Assembly: GCA_000503835.1 (NCBI GenBank)
Contig: CP006914.1
Coordinates: 657,680 to 721,679, forward strand
Reading direction: 5' to 3'
DNA: 64,000 nt
DNA from: a candidate division WWE3 bacterium RAAC2_WWE3_1
GTDB taxonomy: Bacteria; Patescibacteriota; WWE3; UBA101185; UBA10185
Part shown: positions 1 through 9,387 of the stretch, one piece after another
Numbering within the stretch: the stretch's first letter is position 1
How the letters are laid out: each line of letters starts with the position of its first letter
Notes under the pieces: model-generated
The model's database searches: none
What the model was told of the DNA's origin: nothing
Seen by the model: the letters and a program-made list of their open reading frames with translations, nothing else
Position numbers and translations under genes: made by a program

Positions 1-2
1 CA

Positions 3-248
3 ACAAAAGAGGAGGTCAACAAGGTTTTTCTTGAAGCCAAGAATAATCCGTTCTACAAGGGTGTTCTGGACGCTACTTATGCCCCTCTAGTCTCATCCGA
101 TATTATAAAAAGCAATTATTCGGCCATTGTTGATCTGGAGATGACGCGTGTGGTCGACGGCGATCTGATAAAGATCCTGGCTTGGTACGATAATGAGTGG
201 GGTTACAGCAACAGGCTTGTCGAGCTGGCTCTTTTGACGATTTCCTAA
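3..248 (+). CDS. gap: glyceraldehyde-3-phosphate dehydrogenase, C-terminal part (5' truncated by window)
   Basis: Own translation of frame 3 gives ...PLVSSDIIKSNYSAIVDLEMTRVVDGDLIKILAWYDNEWGYSNRLVEL*, which contains the GAPDH WYDNEWGY motif. Lies directly upstream of pgk. Confidence 0.95.
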   Translation, partial: TKEEVNKVFLEAKNNPFYKGVLDATYAPLVSSDIIKSNYSAIVDLEMTRVVDGDLIKILAWYDNEWGYSNRLVELALLTIS

Positions 249-281
249 TATTATCCCTATACAAATGATAAAATGGTTCCA

Positions 282-1259
282 ATGAAATCAGTGTTGGAAG
301 CTAATATAACCGCCGGGCAAAAAGTCCTTGTAAGATGCGATCTGGATGTGCCGGTGGCACACAGGGAAGTTCAAGAAAAATACCGCTTGGAGGCTTCTTT
401 AGAAACTCTGAAATATATTATTTCCCGAGGCGCCTTGCCTATAATAATGGGGCATATGGGAAATCCCGGGGGTAAAACCGATGAGAGACTTTCAACCAAA
501 ACACTTTCATTCTTTTTCGATAATGAGCTGGGCGCGGGAAAGTACGAACTTATGGAAAACCTTCGTTTTAACCGCGGTGAAGAAGAAAATAATCTCCAAT
601 ATGCCAGGCAGTTGGCCGGCAACGGTAACATCTACGTAAACGAAAGCTTCGCCACCTCACACAGAAAACACGCGTCTATCGTAGGTATCCCCGAATGGTT
701 GCCTTCGTACGCAGGAATACGTTTTCTAAAAGAGATAGAAAATCTAAACGTCCTGCAGGGAGATGTGAAAAGACTTTTCGTAATAGTTATTGGCGGGGCG
801 AAGCTGGAAAGTAAGCTTCCCGTAGTGAAAAAATTCCTGAAAAGAGCTGATTTCATTTTATTGGGGGGCAAGCTGGGAACGGAATGGAAAGAGGAAATTC
901 CGTTCAATCTTGTGTTACCCGAGGACTATGCTCCTGAAAATAAAGATATCGGTAAACAAACAATTGCAAAATACACGGAAATTATTAACAGGGCGGGAAC
1001 GGTGCTTTGGGCAGGTCCTATGGGAGCCTATGAACAGCCGGAATATTCCCTGGGAACTATAGAAATCGCTTCAGCAATTGCTAAAAAAACGAAGGAAGGC
1101 GCTTTTACAGTTGTCGGCGGAGGGGATACAATAACGGCCGTCAGCAGTTATTCTCTGCTCGATAAATTTAGTTTTGTCTCTACCGGGGGCGGAGCGATGT
1201 TACAGTATTTAGCCGAGAGAACCTTACCCGGAATAGAAGCCTTAAATAAAAGAAAATAA
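282..1259 (+). CDS. pgk: phosphoglycerate kinase (compact form)
   Basis: Motifs VRCDLDVP, MENLRF, HRKHAS, GGAK, GGGDT and STGGGA. Start moved to ATG 282 because TAAAAT (269-274) lies 7 nt upstream. Confidence 0.95.
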   Translation: MKSVLEANITAGQKVLVRCDLDVPVAHREVQEKYRLEASLETLKYIISRGALPIIMGHMGNPGGKTDERLSTKTLSFFFDNELGAGKYELMENLRFNRGEEENNLQYARQLAGNGNIYVNESFATSHRKHASIVGIPEWLPSYAGIRFLKEIENLNVLQGDVKRLFVIVIGGAKLESKLPVVKKFLKRADFILLGGKLGTEWKEEIPFNLVLPEDYAPENKDIGKQTIAKYTEIINRAGTVLWAGPMGAYEQPEYSLGTIEIASAIAKKTKEGAFTVVGGGDTITAVSSYSLLDKFSFVSTGGGAMLQYLAERTLPGIEALNKRK

Positions 1260-1510
1260 TGCCAAAAATATTAAAAATAAGTTTTCCTGAGAAATGCGTA
1301 GGTTGCGAGATGTGCGCCATAGAAGCTCAACGACAGCTTAGAAAAATCGGGCTCGAGGGGGCGTTAATACGCGTCTTTAGGAACACAAACTCAAAGCTCG
1401 GAAACATAGAATACGCCTTAGAAATAGATCCGAGAATCAGCAGTCTTAACGTGGATAAAATACAAAAAATATGTCCGAAAGGCGTATTTGAAGTTGAGGA
1501 GACAGACTAA
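1259..1510 (+). CDS. small 4Fe-4S ferredoxin-like protein
   Basis: CVGCEMC plus distal ICPKG (CxxCxxC...CP). Translationally coupled to pgk. Confidence 0.8.
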   Translation: MPKILKISFPEKCVGCEMCAIEAQRQLRKIGLEGALIRVFRNTNSKLGNIEYALEIDPRISSLNVDKIQKICPKGVFEVEETD

Positions 1511-2353
1511 ATGGAAACAAGACCGAGAAAGGTACTATCCATAGATCTGACAAAAAAGGAATACGAGGTAAAAAGTTTCGAAGATCTCAACAGTTACATC
1601 GGGGGTGTAGGGCTGGGATTCAAATTAATGGAGATGTATTACGATAAAAATCCTCTGATATTCGCAGTGGGCCCTCTGAATGGTCTTTTTCCCTTCGCAT
1701 CAAAAACGGCAGTCGTTATAAATAATGACGGGGTAATTGAAGATGTTTATCTTGGAGGAAGTATATCTTTACGCATAAGGTATGCCGGTCTGGATGCACT
1801 TGTCATACACGGGACTGCACAGGAACAAACTGTTCTGGATATCACAAATGCCGGTGTAAGTTTTAAAAATCAATCCGAAGATCCTGACACTTTGGGACTT
1901 CCCGGAAAAAGAAGCGTTATAAAAATGGACGGTTCAAAAATATTACTGGGCGGTTACTTTACGACCCCCGAACATTTCCTCGAAAAAGAATTCACGGATA
2001 AAAACATCTCCGGAATAGTAGTAACCGGTACAGAACTGATAAACATAAAGGACTTCGATAAATATGAAGAACTATACAAAAAGATCCTAAATAGAAAAAA
2101 CGAACTCAGCGTTATGGAGGGAACGTATCCGTCATGCTCTAACTGTCCGATGGGGTGCGGAAAATCAAAGACCGGAGAGATGGGCGGGAACGTCCTTCTG
2201 CACAGCCTGGTAGCCTGCCAATATGCGGATAGAATATATACTGACGTCGGTGTGGTCTTTTCCTGCCTCAATGTACTGGGGTACAATTACACTCATGAAG
2301 ATATCGAGGCTTTGCCGAAATTGATAGAACAAACACTAAGGAGGATCTCGTGA
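1511..2353 (+). CDS. shortened aldehyde:ferredoxin oxidoreductase (AOR/GOR)-family protein
   Basis: N-terminal AOR-like segments (VLSIDLT, YIGGVGLG, LIFAVGPLNG, RYAGLDALVIHG) and Fe-S motifs CSNCPMGC and SLVAC. Only 280 aa. Confidence 0.75.
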   Translation: METRPRKVLSIDLTKKEYEVKSFEDLNSYIGGVGLGFKLMEMYYDKNPLIFAVGPLNGLFPFASKTAVVINNDGVIEDVYLGGSISLRIRYAGLDALVIHGTAQEQTVLDITNAGVSFKNQSEDPDTLGLPGKRSVIKMDGSKILLGGYFTTPEHFLEKEFTDKNISGIVVTGTELINIKDFDKYEELYKKILNRKNELSVMEGTYPSCSNCPMGCGKSKTGEMGGNVLLHSLVACQYADRIYTDVGVVFSCLNVLGYNYTHEDIEALPKLIEQTLRRIS

Positions 2354-3000
2354 AATATATCGTAGCCAACTGGAAAATGAATATGAGCTTACAGGACGTG
2401 ATCGGGTGGACGGCCGGATTCGACACATCGGTGTTGAATGCAGATATTGAAGCAATTGTCGCCCCCTCCTCCTTGCACATTTTTCCTGTTGCGGAGATTC
2501 TGAAAAAAACCGGGGTAAGTGTAGCCGCACAGGATGTTTCGGTGGAAGAAAAGGGGGCTCATACAGGTGAAACGGGAGCTTTTCAGATCAAAGAGTTATG
2601 TAAATATGCGGTTATTGGACACAGCGAAAGGAAAGAAACTCCCGAAATTGTTGCCAAAAAAATAGACATTTGTCTGACCAACGGAATAATTCCTATCGTA
2701 TGTTTTGTCGAGCCGAAGAAAATAAGTCTGTATAAACGCCCCGGTATTATGTATGCATGGGAAGACCCGGCAAATATTTCGAAAAACGGCAGGTACAAAG
2801 AAAAAAGTGAGGAGGAAATAAAAGAAGGGGTGAATAAGATAAGGGAAATTTTAGATGATAAAGAACCTCTGCTCTATGGAGGATCAGTTAATGGACAAAA
2901 TATCTCCGGTTTGGTTAATATAGAAAAATTGGACGGTGTTTTAGTAGGCCACGCCAGCCTTGACCCAAGACACTTCTCCGGAATAATTGCCAGTTATTAA
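2350..3000 (+). CDS. tpiA: triosephosphate isomerase
   Basis: Motifs ANWKMN, GAHTGE, GHSER, YGGSV and GVLVGHASL. GTG start overlaps the upstream stop. Confidence 0.95.
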   Translation: MKYIVANWKMNMSLQDVIGWTAGFDTSVLNADIEAIVAPSSLHIFPVAEILKKTGVSVAAQDVSVEEKGAHTGETGAFQIKELCKYAVIGHSERKETPEIVAKKIDICLTNGIIPIVCFVEPKKISLYKRPGIMYAWEDPANISKNGRYKEKSEEEIKEGVNKIREILDDKEPLLYGGSVNGQNISGLVNIEKLDGVLVGHASLDPRHFSGIIASY

Positions 3001-3009
3001 TAGCATTCT

Positions 3010-4158
3010 ATGAAGTACATGGACATGTGCAAAAAAACTAACGGAACCGTTAGTACCATAAGAAACGAGCGCGGGGGCTCTCAGACAAAAACTCTCAAAT
3101 TTATTGGGGTTATAGGTTTGGTTGCCGCCGTGGCTGTGGCTTTTGTTTTTAAAGATAAGATACTCGCAGCCTTTAACCCCATTTCCGTGGTCGCCACAAT
3201 TGCAGGAACAAATCTCAAAGAAACCGACGGTAGAACGAATGTTTTAATATTGGGATCGGACAGAAGAGTAGCCGGAGCAGAGTCCGGAAGACCTGTGCTG
3301 ACAGACACCATCCTCGTTGCCTCTATAGGAAAAGTTGATAAAGATGTTGTTTTAATCTCTCTCCCCAGAGATTTGTGGGTAAAAGATCTCAACGGTTCAC
3401 ACAAAATTAACTCAGTTTATGCTTTCTCAAAGGGAGGGGAGGGGGCCGACAACCTGAGAGCAGTACTGCAGGATGTTTTGGGAATTCCGATTCACTATCA
3501 CGTTATGGTCTCTTTCGATCTTTTCCAAGAGATAATAGACATTCTCGGAGGAGTCGAAGTTACCGTAGACACATCTTTCACCGACTACGCGTATCCTATC
3601 GAAAACATGGAGGATAACAAATGCGGAAGAACAGACGAAGAAATTAAAAAGATGGGCGAAGAAGGTAAATCCGAACTTGAAATCTACTTTTGCAGATACG
3701 AAAAAATCGTGTTCAATCAGGGAGTGCAAAGCATGAACGGCGATACAGCCCTGAAATTTGTCAGGTCACGCCACGGAACCAACAACGAAAACACGGATTT
3801 TGCGAGATCCAGAAGACAGCAAAAAATTATCACGGCAATTAAAAATAAGTCGCTGTCGATCCAAACGCTGGTCAATCCCACGAAGCTTAAAAATTTGTAC
3901 GACGCTTACGCACAAAATACCGACACCGACATAGATTTCGGAGCCGTTAATTCTTTCTACCTGCTGTCGCAACAGATTAACTTTGACCGTGTGGTGTCCG
4001 TAGTACTCGATGACAGGAGCCCTGCAGATCAGGGAGGACTTCTGTACGCTCCCGGCGATAAAACCTTGTATAACGGACAGTACGTGCTGATACCCCAAAC
4101 CGGGGATTACGTTCAGATCCACGCATTTGTCCAAAGATACCTTTTCGGAGGAAAGTAA
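3010..4158 (+). CDS. LCP (LytR-CpsA-Psr) family cell-wall polymer ligase
   Basis: N-terminal TM; motifs NVLILGSD, TDTI, SLPRDLWV, FVRSRH and DFARSRRQQ. Confidence 0.9.
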   Translation: MKYMDMCKKTNGTVSTIRNERGGSQTKTLKFIGVIGLVAAVAVAFVFKDKILAAFNPISVVATIAGTNLKETDGRTNVLILGSDRRVAGAESGRPVLTDTILVASIGKVDKDVVLISLPRDLWVKDLNGSHKINSVYAFSKGGEGADNLRAVLQDVLGIPIHYHVMVSFDLFQEIIDILGGVEVTVDTSFTDYAYPIENMEDNKCGRTDEEIKKMGEEGKSELEIYFCRYEKIVFNQGVQSMNGDTALKFVRSRHGTNNENTDFARSRRQQKIITAIKNKSLSIQTLVNPTKLKNLYDAYAQNTDTDIDFGAVNSFYLLSQQINFDRVVSVVLDDRSPADQGGLLYAPGDKTLYNGQYVLIPQTGDYVQIHAFVQRYLFGGK

Positions 4159-4862
4159 TGATATACATAGTACACGGAGAAAATCTCTCCAAGTCTAGAG
4201 CTCTTATCCTAAACCAACAAAAGAAACTGATGGTCAGATACAAACAGGAGTTCTCGATACAGGACACAACCCCAACCGACCTTACCAGTAAAATAAGAAG
4301 TATCGATATTTTCGGGGAACCTCAGTTCTTTGTTGTGAACATCTCGGGTGCGGGACGTACTAATCTCGAGGATTACATAGACGTTATAGCGCAAACTCCC
4401 CCTCACACAACCCTCGTCATACTTTCAGAAAAAAAACTAACTGCCTCTAATATTTTTATTAAAAATGCCGGAATAATGAAAGCTCAAATCCTTGAAAACG
4501 AAAGTTTGGTTACCGGAACTTCGTTTGATTTTGTGGATGCCGTTATGAGAAAAGACAGAATTAACTCCTACAAACTCATGCACAGGGAACTGGATAGAGA
4601 TAAAGATCCGTTTGAACTCTTCGCTCTTCTTATGTATGGGCTTAGGTCACTGGCTCAGATTAAACTTGAAAGTCCGTCCTCTTCGGGGATGAATCCTTAT
4701 GTACGTTCCAAACAAAAAAATTTGATCGGAAAATACACCGAAGATGGAGTAAAGGATATGTTCAAAGAATTCTACGAACTGGATTTAAAAACTAAGGTAG
4801 GGGAGATAAACCCCGAGGTTATGCTAACTTTGGCCGTTGAAAAAGTGTTAAACTCTAAATAA
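4158..4862 (+). CDS. holA: DNA polymerase III delta subunit-like protein (short)
   Basis: MIYIVHGE N-terminus, FDFVDAV, and C-terminal DLKTKVG helix typical of HolA. Confidence 0.7.
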   Translation: MIYIVHGENLSKSRALILNQQKKLMVRYKQEFSIQDTTPTDLTSKIRSIDIFGEPQFFVVNISGAGRTNLEDYIDVIAQTPPHTTLVILSEKKLTASNIFIKNAGIMKAQILENESLVTGTSFDFVDAVMRKDRINSYKLMHRELDRDKDPFELFALLMYGLRSLAQIKLESPSSSGMNPYVRSKQKNLIGKYTEDGVKDMFKEFYELDLKTKVGEINPEVMLTLAVEKVLNSK

Positions 4863-5593
4863 TGCCGATCCCGATTGAGCCCAGAAAATACGTCAAAGAT
4901 CATTCGAACGACCCCATTTATAAGACGGTAAATTATAGATTTTATTTCAGGTCCAGAATTCTGTCGGGACTGTTGTTGTCCTTGGGGTTTCTGGTACTTG
5001 GAACCCAGGTTGTGCTCCCCCTCGTCTTTTTCAAAACACAGGATGAGATTTCTAAACCTATGCGAAGCAGTATTCTCGGCCTTGCGACAGGATTTGATGA
5101 TTTTGAGTTTGTGGAGCTGGATGAAAAGAACGCAGGGGAGCCCAAAAAACCCGCGGAAACACCAAAATTCTTTACCATTTCGATACCGAAACTCGGGATA
5201 AAGGATGCACTGGTGGAAACCAATTCCCCCAGCCTGCGCCCTGACACAGCACTGGGGCATTATAACGGTTCCGCACTGCCCGGAAGTGTAGGCAACGCCT
5301 TCATTTACGGTCATTCCGTCCTACCCTGGTTCTACAATCCCAGGAACTACAGAACGATATTTTCAACTTTGGGTGATCTGGAGACAGGGGATGAAATCCA
5401 GATTAAATATATGGGAAGGGATTTGAATTATGTTGTAGAGTCCAAAGAACTCCTTCAGCCTGAGAAAGTAGACCCGCTGGCAAATTTTAAACCCGCGTAC
5501 CTCAACGAATCCACACTAATCCTCATGACGTGCTGGCCGCCGGGAACCAAAACAAACAGGTTGTTGGTGAAGGCTGTTCTGACGGAAAAGTGA
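4862..5593 (+). CDS. sortase
   Basis: N-terminal TM; ISIPKLGI, GHYNGSALPG and GHS motifs; LMTCWPPG...R catalytic His/Cys/Arg. Confidence 0.9.
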   Translation: MPIPIEPRKYVKDHSNDPIYKTVNYRFYFRSRILSGLLLSLGFLVLGTQVVLPLVFFKTQDEISKPMRSSILGLATGFDDFEFVELDEKNAGEPKKPAETPKFFTISIPKLGIKDALVETNSPSLRPDTALGHYNGSALPGSVGNAFIYGHSVLPWFYNPRNYRTIFSTLGDLETGDEIQIKYMGRDLNYVVESKELLQPEKVDPLANFKPAYLNESTLILMTCWPPGTKTNRLLVKAVLTEK

Positions 5594-5595
5594 TA

Positions 5596-6096
5596 TCAAT
5601 TGTCTTTGAGGATTTTTTTCTCGAAACCGCCGAGCGCTGATTTTCTGGGGTTGCTGGCGATGTAGTACATTCCTGTCAGGAAAAATACCAGAGAGACTAA
5701 TAACCCCGCGGTAATTTCAACTGTACCGGTTTCCGGAACAGCACTTCCGCTCCCCGTCGTCTGAGAAGCCGTCGGCGAAGACGTGGCTCCTGCCAGTACT
5801 ACTCCCTCATTAACAGGAACAGCATCAACGGGCTTATCAGCAATCTCTCCGAAAATCGAAGAATCGGATGAAGTGTCAGAAATCCCTTCTACCTGTCCTG
5901 TGTCAACTTCCAGCGCCAATGCATCCGAAGGAAGCGGTTCTGTCGTCACGGGAGCTGTGGAAGCCTGGTATGGCGCGGATGAATTATCTGCACTGCTGTT
6001 CGTCACAAGGTAATAGACAACACTAAACACAATAAGGGAAATGGACAATGTCAATATAAAGGTTTTAAATCCGTTTTTTGCGCTATCGCTGTTCAT
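5596..6096 (-). CDS. putative sortase substrate (VPETG sorting signal), Ser/Thr-rich
   Basis: N-terminal hydrophobic segment, low-complexity S/T/A linker, VPETG, C-terminal TM and basic tail. Confidence 0.7.
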   Translation of the reverse strand: MNSDSAKNGFKTFILTLSISLIVFSVVYYLVTNSSADNSSAPYQASTAPVTTEPLPSDALALEVDTGQVEGISDTSSDSSIFGEIADKPVDAVPVNEGVVLAGATSSPTASQTTGSGSAVPETGTVEITAGLLVSLVFFLTGMYYIASNPRKSALGGFEKKILKDN

Positions 6097-6271
6097 AGGC
6101 AGGTTTCAAACTTCGTAGAAACTCTATGTCAATAGTAACATCTATCGGACGGGACATGTCAAGTATATTCTGAGTAATATATTTATCCCTATTTACGTTC
6201 TGGTCTCCGAAGAAAATCCAGAAACCCCCGGCTACGACAAAAAACGCGGTAGTAATAAGTAGTCTTTTCAT
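6083..6271 (-). CDS. small membrane protein
   Basis: N-terminal TM. In series with the PilN/PilO-like genes. Confidence 0.55.
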   Translation of the reverse strand: MKRLLITTAFFVVAGGFWIFFGDQNVNRDKYITQNILDMSRPIDVTIDIEFLRSLKPAYEQR

Positions 6272-6275
6272 AATT

Positions 6276-6818
6276 TTACAGATTAAATATCCTTAAATTA
6301 ACGGTGGCCTCGGCACTGTCAGTGAGTTTTTCATATTTCACAGAATCTACGACCGTGACCCGCTGCATTCCTTCTAAGGCCGAGATGAAGCCGGAGAGAT
6401 CCCCGGTCCCCTCCAGAATAACCACAATGGGTACCTCTCCCCCCTCGCTCTCAGCAGAAGACACAAAATTCTTCACACTGAATCCTGACGCCGCCGCCTG
6501 CTGCATAAACAGAACCATGTAACTGTGCGTATTCAATTCTTTGGGTACGGTAGCTTCAAGTATAGGTCCGAATCTTTCTGCCACCGAAACGTCCGCCGAC
6601 AGTTCACTTAAACTCTGTAATTTTACGTTCAAACCGTAATTTAGCGCTCTCATTTCCTTGTATAAGGTAACCTTCTTACCCATGCTGAACGCCAACGGGC
6701 CTATGGCGAAAAATCCGAACAAAACCATACATACCAAAGCCCAAACGGTATATATCCTGGAAAGGAACAGTTCGTTCGAAAAAAATAGTTTGGCCGAATT
6801 CTGCACTTCGTCTCTCAT
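6276..6818 (-). CDS. PilO-like type IV pilus alignment protein
   Basis: TM plus coiled coil plus a ferredoxin-like C-terminus (FISALEGMQRVTVVDSV). Confidence 0.6.
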   Translation of the reverse strand: MRDEVQNSAKLFFSNELFLSRIYTVWALVCMVLFGFFAIGPLAFSMGKKVTLYKEMRALNYGLNVKLQSLSELSADVSVAERFGPILEATVPKELNTHSYMVLFMQQAAASGFSVKNFVSSAESEGGEVPIVVILEGTGDLSGFISALEGMQRVTVVDSVKYEKLTDSAEATVNLRIFNL

Positions 6819-7411
6819 CTATAAACTCCTTCCAGTTTGACCGCATATACATTCTCGGAGGAGGAAAAAACCGCTTCCTTGATAACCACTTCCGATACTC
6901 CGCCGTCCTTCAGCCAGCTGAGAAACATGCCGGTAATACCGGCGGGTGAACTGCCTTTTACAACAATCTCAAATTTTTCGGGATTAAAATCGACTTTGCT
7001 TAGGCTAAGATCCTGAGAAAGCCTGGACATAATAAAGGAAATCCTGGTGGTCAGCGGCTTTCTGGCGCCGATGGTATTTTTGCTGTAGTTGATCTTACCG
7101 GCGATTTGCCTGGCTTTTTCTTCCACACCTGCGTATTCGTTTATTTTAAATTCCAGGTTTTTCTGCTCGCTGAGAAGGCTGTTGAGAAGGAAAGTCACCA
7201 CCATGTGTGCGGCCAAAAGTCCGGCAAGAGCGACACTAAAAAAAACAATCAACGAGGAGGAAATTTTTACGGTGCTGCCCGCAGTAAACGCTTCGGCACG
7301 TAAAGATTCGGGATTGAAAAATAAAGTGTCGTCCGGTGTATAAATTTCGCCCTTAAGCGTTTTTTCTTCGTTTTCCCGGGGCTTTAGAAAGGGCAGATAT
7401 TTTTCTAGCAT
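6815..7411 (-). CDS. PilN-like protein
   Basis: TM plus coiled coil plus a PilN-like C-terminus. Adjacent to the PilO-like gene. TAAAAT 6 nt before the ATG. Confidence 0.55.
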   Translation of the reverse strand: MLEKYLPFLKPRENEEKTLKGEIYTPDDTLFFNPESLRAEAFTAGSTVKISSSLIVFFSVALAGLLAAHMVVTFLLNSLLSEQKNLEFKINEYAGVEEKARQIAGKINYSKNTIGARKPLTTRISFIMSRLSQDLSLSKVDFNPEKFEIVVKGSSPAGITGMFLSWLKDGGVSEVVIKEAVFSSSENVYAVKLEGVYR

Positions 7412-7649
7412 ACCTAGATTTTAACCTATTTGCCTTGTTTTTATGAATGACTTTTTCCTTTGATGCTTTATCGAGCACTTGCTGAAGAACCTGCATCTGG
7501 TCCTTGACCACTTCCGCACCGTTAGAGGAGGCCAATGAAGCCTTTATACTTTTGATGGAAGACTTGTATTTGTCCTTCCAAAAAATATTGTGTTTTCTTT
7601 TCTTCGCAGAGCCCCTCAGAGCCTTTTTTGCTGATTTAGTATTTGGCAT
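7353..7649 (-). CDS. rpsT: 30S ribosomal protein S20
   Basis: MPNTKSAKKALR...LDKA...IHKNKANRLKSR. Start set at ATG 7649. Confidence 0.95.
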   Translation of the reverse strand: MPNTKSAKKALRGSAKKRKHNIFWKDKYKSSIKSIKASLASSNGAEVVKDQMQVLQQVLDKASKEKVIHKNKANRLKSRYARKISALSKAPGKRRKNA

Positions 7650-7711
7650 AAGCGCTACGTATGATAACATACTTACGTACTAATTCAACGTTTTTTGCCC
7701 CATGGAAAAGC

Positions 7712-9361
7712 ATGGTTCTGGATATTAACAAAACACAACTTAATGGGGTTCTTCTTAAAACTCAGAACACAATATTGTCCGCGGCCTTTATCATAGCGGC
7801 TTCTAATGGCCTAAACGCCATTTTCGGTTTCCTCAAGGGAAGACTTCTTGCGCACTACTTTGGGGTTTCGAACGAGTTAGCCGTTTTTTACACTGCCGAC
7901 AGAATACCTAATATGGTGTATTCCGTACTTATAGTCGGCGCGGTATCAACCGTTTTTATACCTATTTTCGCGGAAGGACTCAGGAAAGATAAAGAGGAAG
8001 CCAATAAAATGGGGAGCTCCATGATTACGGTGACCCTCGTGTTTTTCTTATTTTTGACCGCTCTGGTATTGTTTCTTGCCAAGCCACTTTTTAATCTTGT
8101 GTCTCTCGGTAAATTCACTCCTGAGGAAGCTTCCCTCGGAGTTACCTTAATGAGAATAATGATGCTTTCCCAGATAATGCTGGTTTTGGGAAGTCTGGCC
8201 ACAAGCATTTTACAAACATTTAAATACTTTTTGGTATCGGCCTTAGCACCTCTGGCCTACAGCACAGGCATGGTTCTGGGAATAATCCTATTTTCGGAGA
8301 AATACGGTATTTACGCCCCGGCTTTTGGTGTGGCCGCCGGCGCAACTTTTCATTTCGCCCTTCAAATACCGGCCCTGCTAAAAACAGGGTTTAATTTCGT
8401 GCCCAAGATTAGCTTCTCAGACAAAGGTCTACGTAGTATGACCGGGCTCGTACCCCCGCGCATTCTCAGCGTGCTCCTGGCCAATCTGATCCAGGTCATA
8501 AACAACAGTTTGGCAATACTCGTATCCACATCGTCCGTTATTTACCTTAAATTTGCGCTTCAGCTCCAATCCTTTCCGGTAAGTTTGTTCGGAATATCCC
8601 TGGGCGCAGCAAGTTTACCGACGCTGGCGACCCAAAGTCGAAAAGAAGATCTGGGAAAGTTTAAAGAAACGTTTACCACATCTCTGATGCAAATGCTTTA
8701 TCTCGTTTTACCACTCAGCATGCTCCTCCTTGTACTAAGAGGGCCGGTCGTACGTATCGTATACGGAGTTTCTAATTTCCCCTGGGAAGCAACTTTAAAA
8801 ACTTCGTATACTTTGGCCTTTTTCAGTATCTCAATATTTGCCCAGAGCACGAACTACCTACTTACCCGGGCATTTTATGCACTCAAGGACACCAAAACTC
8901 CTGTTATAGTAAGCTTGTTTACCACAGCTTTGAACGTACTTCTTTCCCTGTTCTTCGTTACAGAGCTAAAGTTCGGGGTTTGGGCGGTAGCACTTTCTTT
9001 CTCGATAACTTCTCTCATAGACACAATCCTTCTTTTTTATCTTTTGCACAAACAAATCGGGGGTTTTGAGATCGAAAAAATACTCATTCCTTTTACGAAG
9101 ATTTCGTATGCTACTTTATTTATGGGACTCGCGCTTTATATCCCGGTAAAGCTTCTGGACAGGTATATATTCGACACCACAAGAACAATCAACCTGTTAG
9201 GTCTGGTGGGCGTTGCCGGAATATTCAGCACCGCCGCCTATTTCTTTATTACCACACGTATGCACGTCAAAGAAGTTGATTTGTTCTACAAACTAATCAA
9301 AAAACTTACACCCATAAAGAAAGGCGTCCCCTACCTTCCTGAAGAAGAACAGGTTGTTTGA
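7712..9361 (+). CDS. murJ: lipid II flippase MurJ/MviN
   Basis: Multi-TM; motifs FYTADRIPN, STVFIP, FPVSLFG and RAFYALKDTKTP. Start is uncertain (7661 or 7712). Confidence 0.9.
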   Translation: MVLDINKTQLNGVLLKTQNTILSAAFIIAASNGLNAIFGFLKGRLLAHYFGVSNELAVFYTADRIPNMVYSVLIVGAVSTVFIPIFAEGLRKDKEEANKMGSSMITVTLVFFLFLTALVLFLAKPLFNLVSLGKFTPEEASLGVTLMRIMMLSQIMLVLGSLATSILQTFKYFLVSALAPLAYSTGMVLGIILFSEKYGIYAPAFGVAAGATFHFALQIPALLKTGFNFVPKISFSDKGLRSMTGLVPPRILSVLLANLIQVINNSLAILVSTSSVIYLKFALQLQSFPVSLFGISLGAASLPTLATQSRKEDLGKFKETFTTSLMQMLYLVLPLSMLLLVLRGPVVRIVYGVSNFPWEATLKTSYTLAFFSISIFAQSTNYLLTRAFYALKDTKTPVIVSLFTTALNVLLSLFFVTELKFGVWAVALSFSITSLIDTILLFYLLHKQIGGFEIEKILIPFTKISYATLFMGLALYIPVKLLDRYIFDTTRTINLLGLVGVAGIFSTAAYFFITTRMHVKEVDLFYKLIKKLTPIKKGVPYLPEEEQVV

Positions 9362-9387
9362 TCCGTTCAATAAGGTAAAATCTCCCC

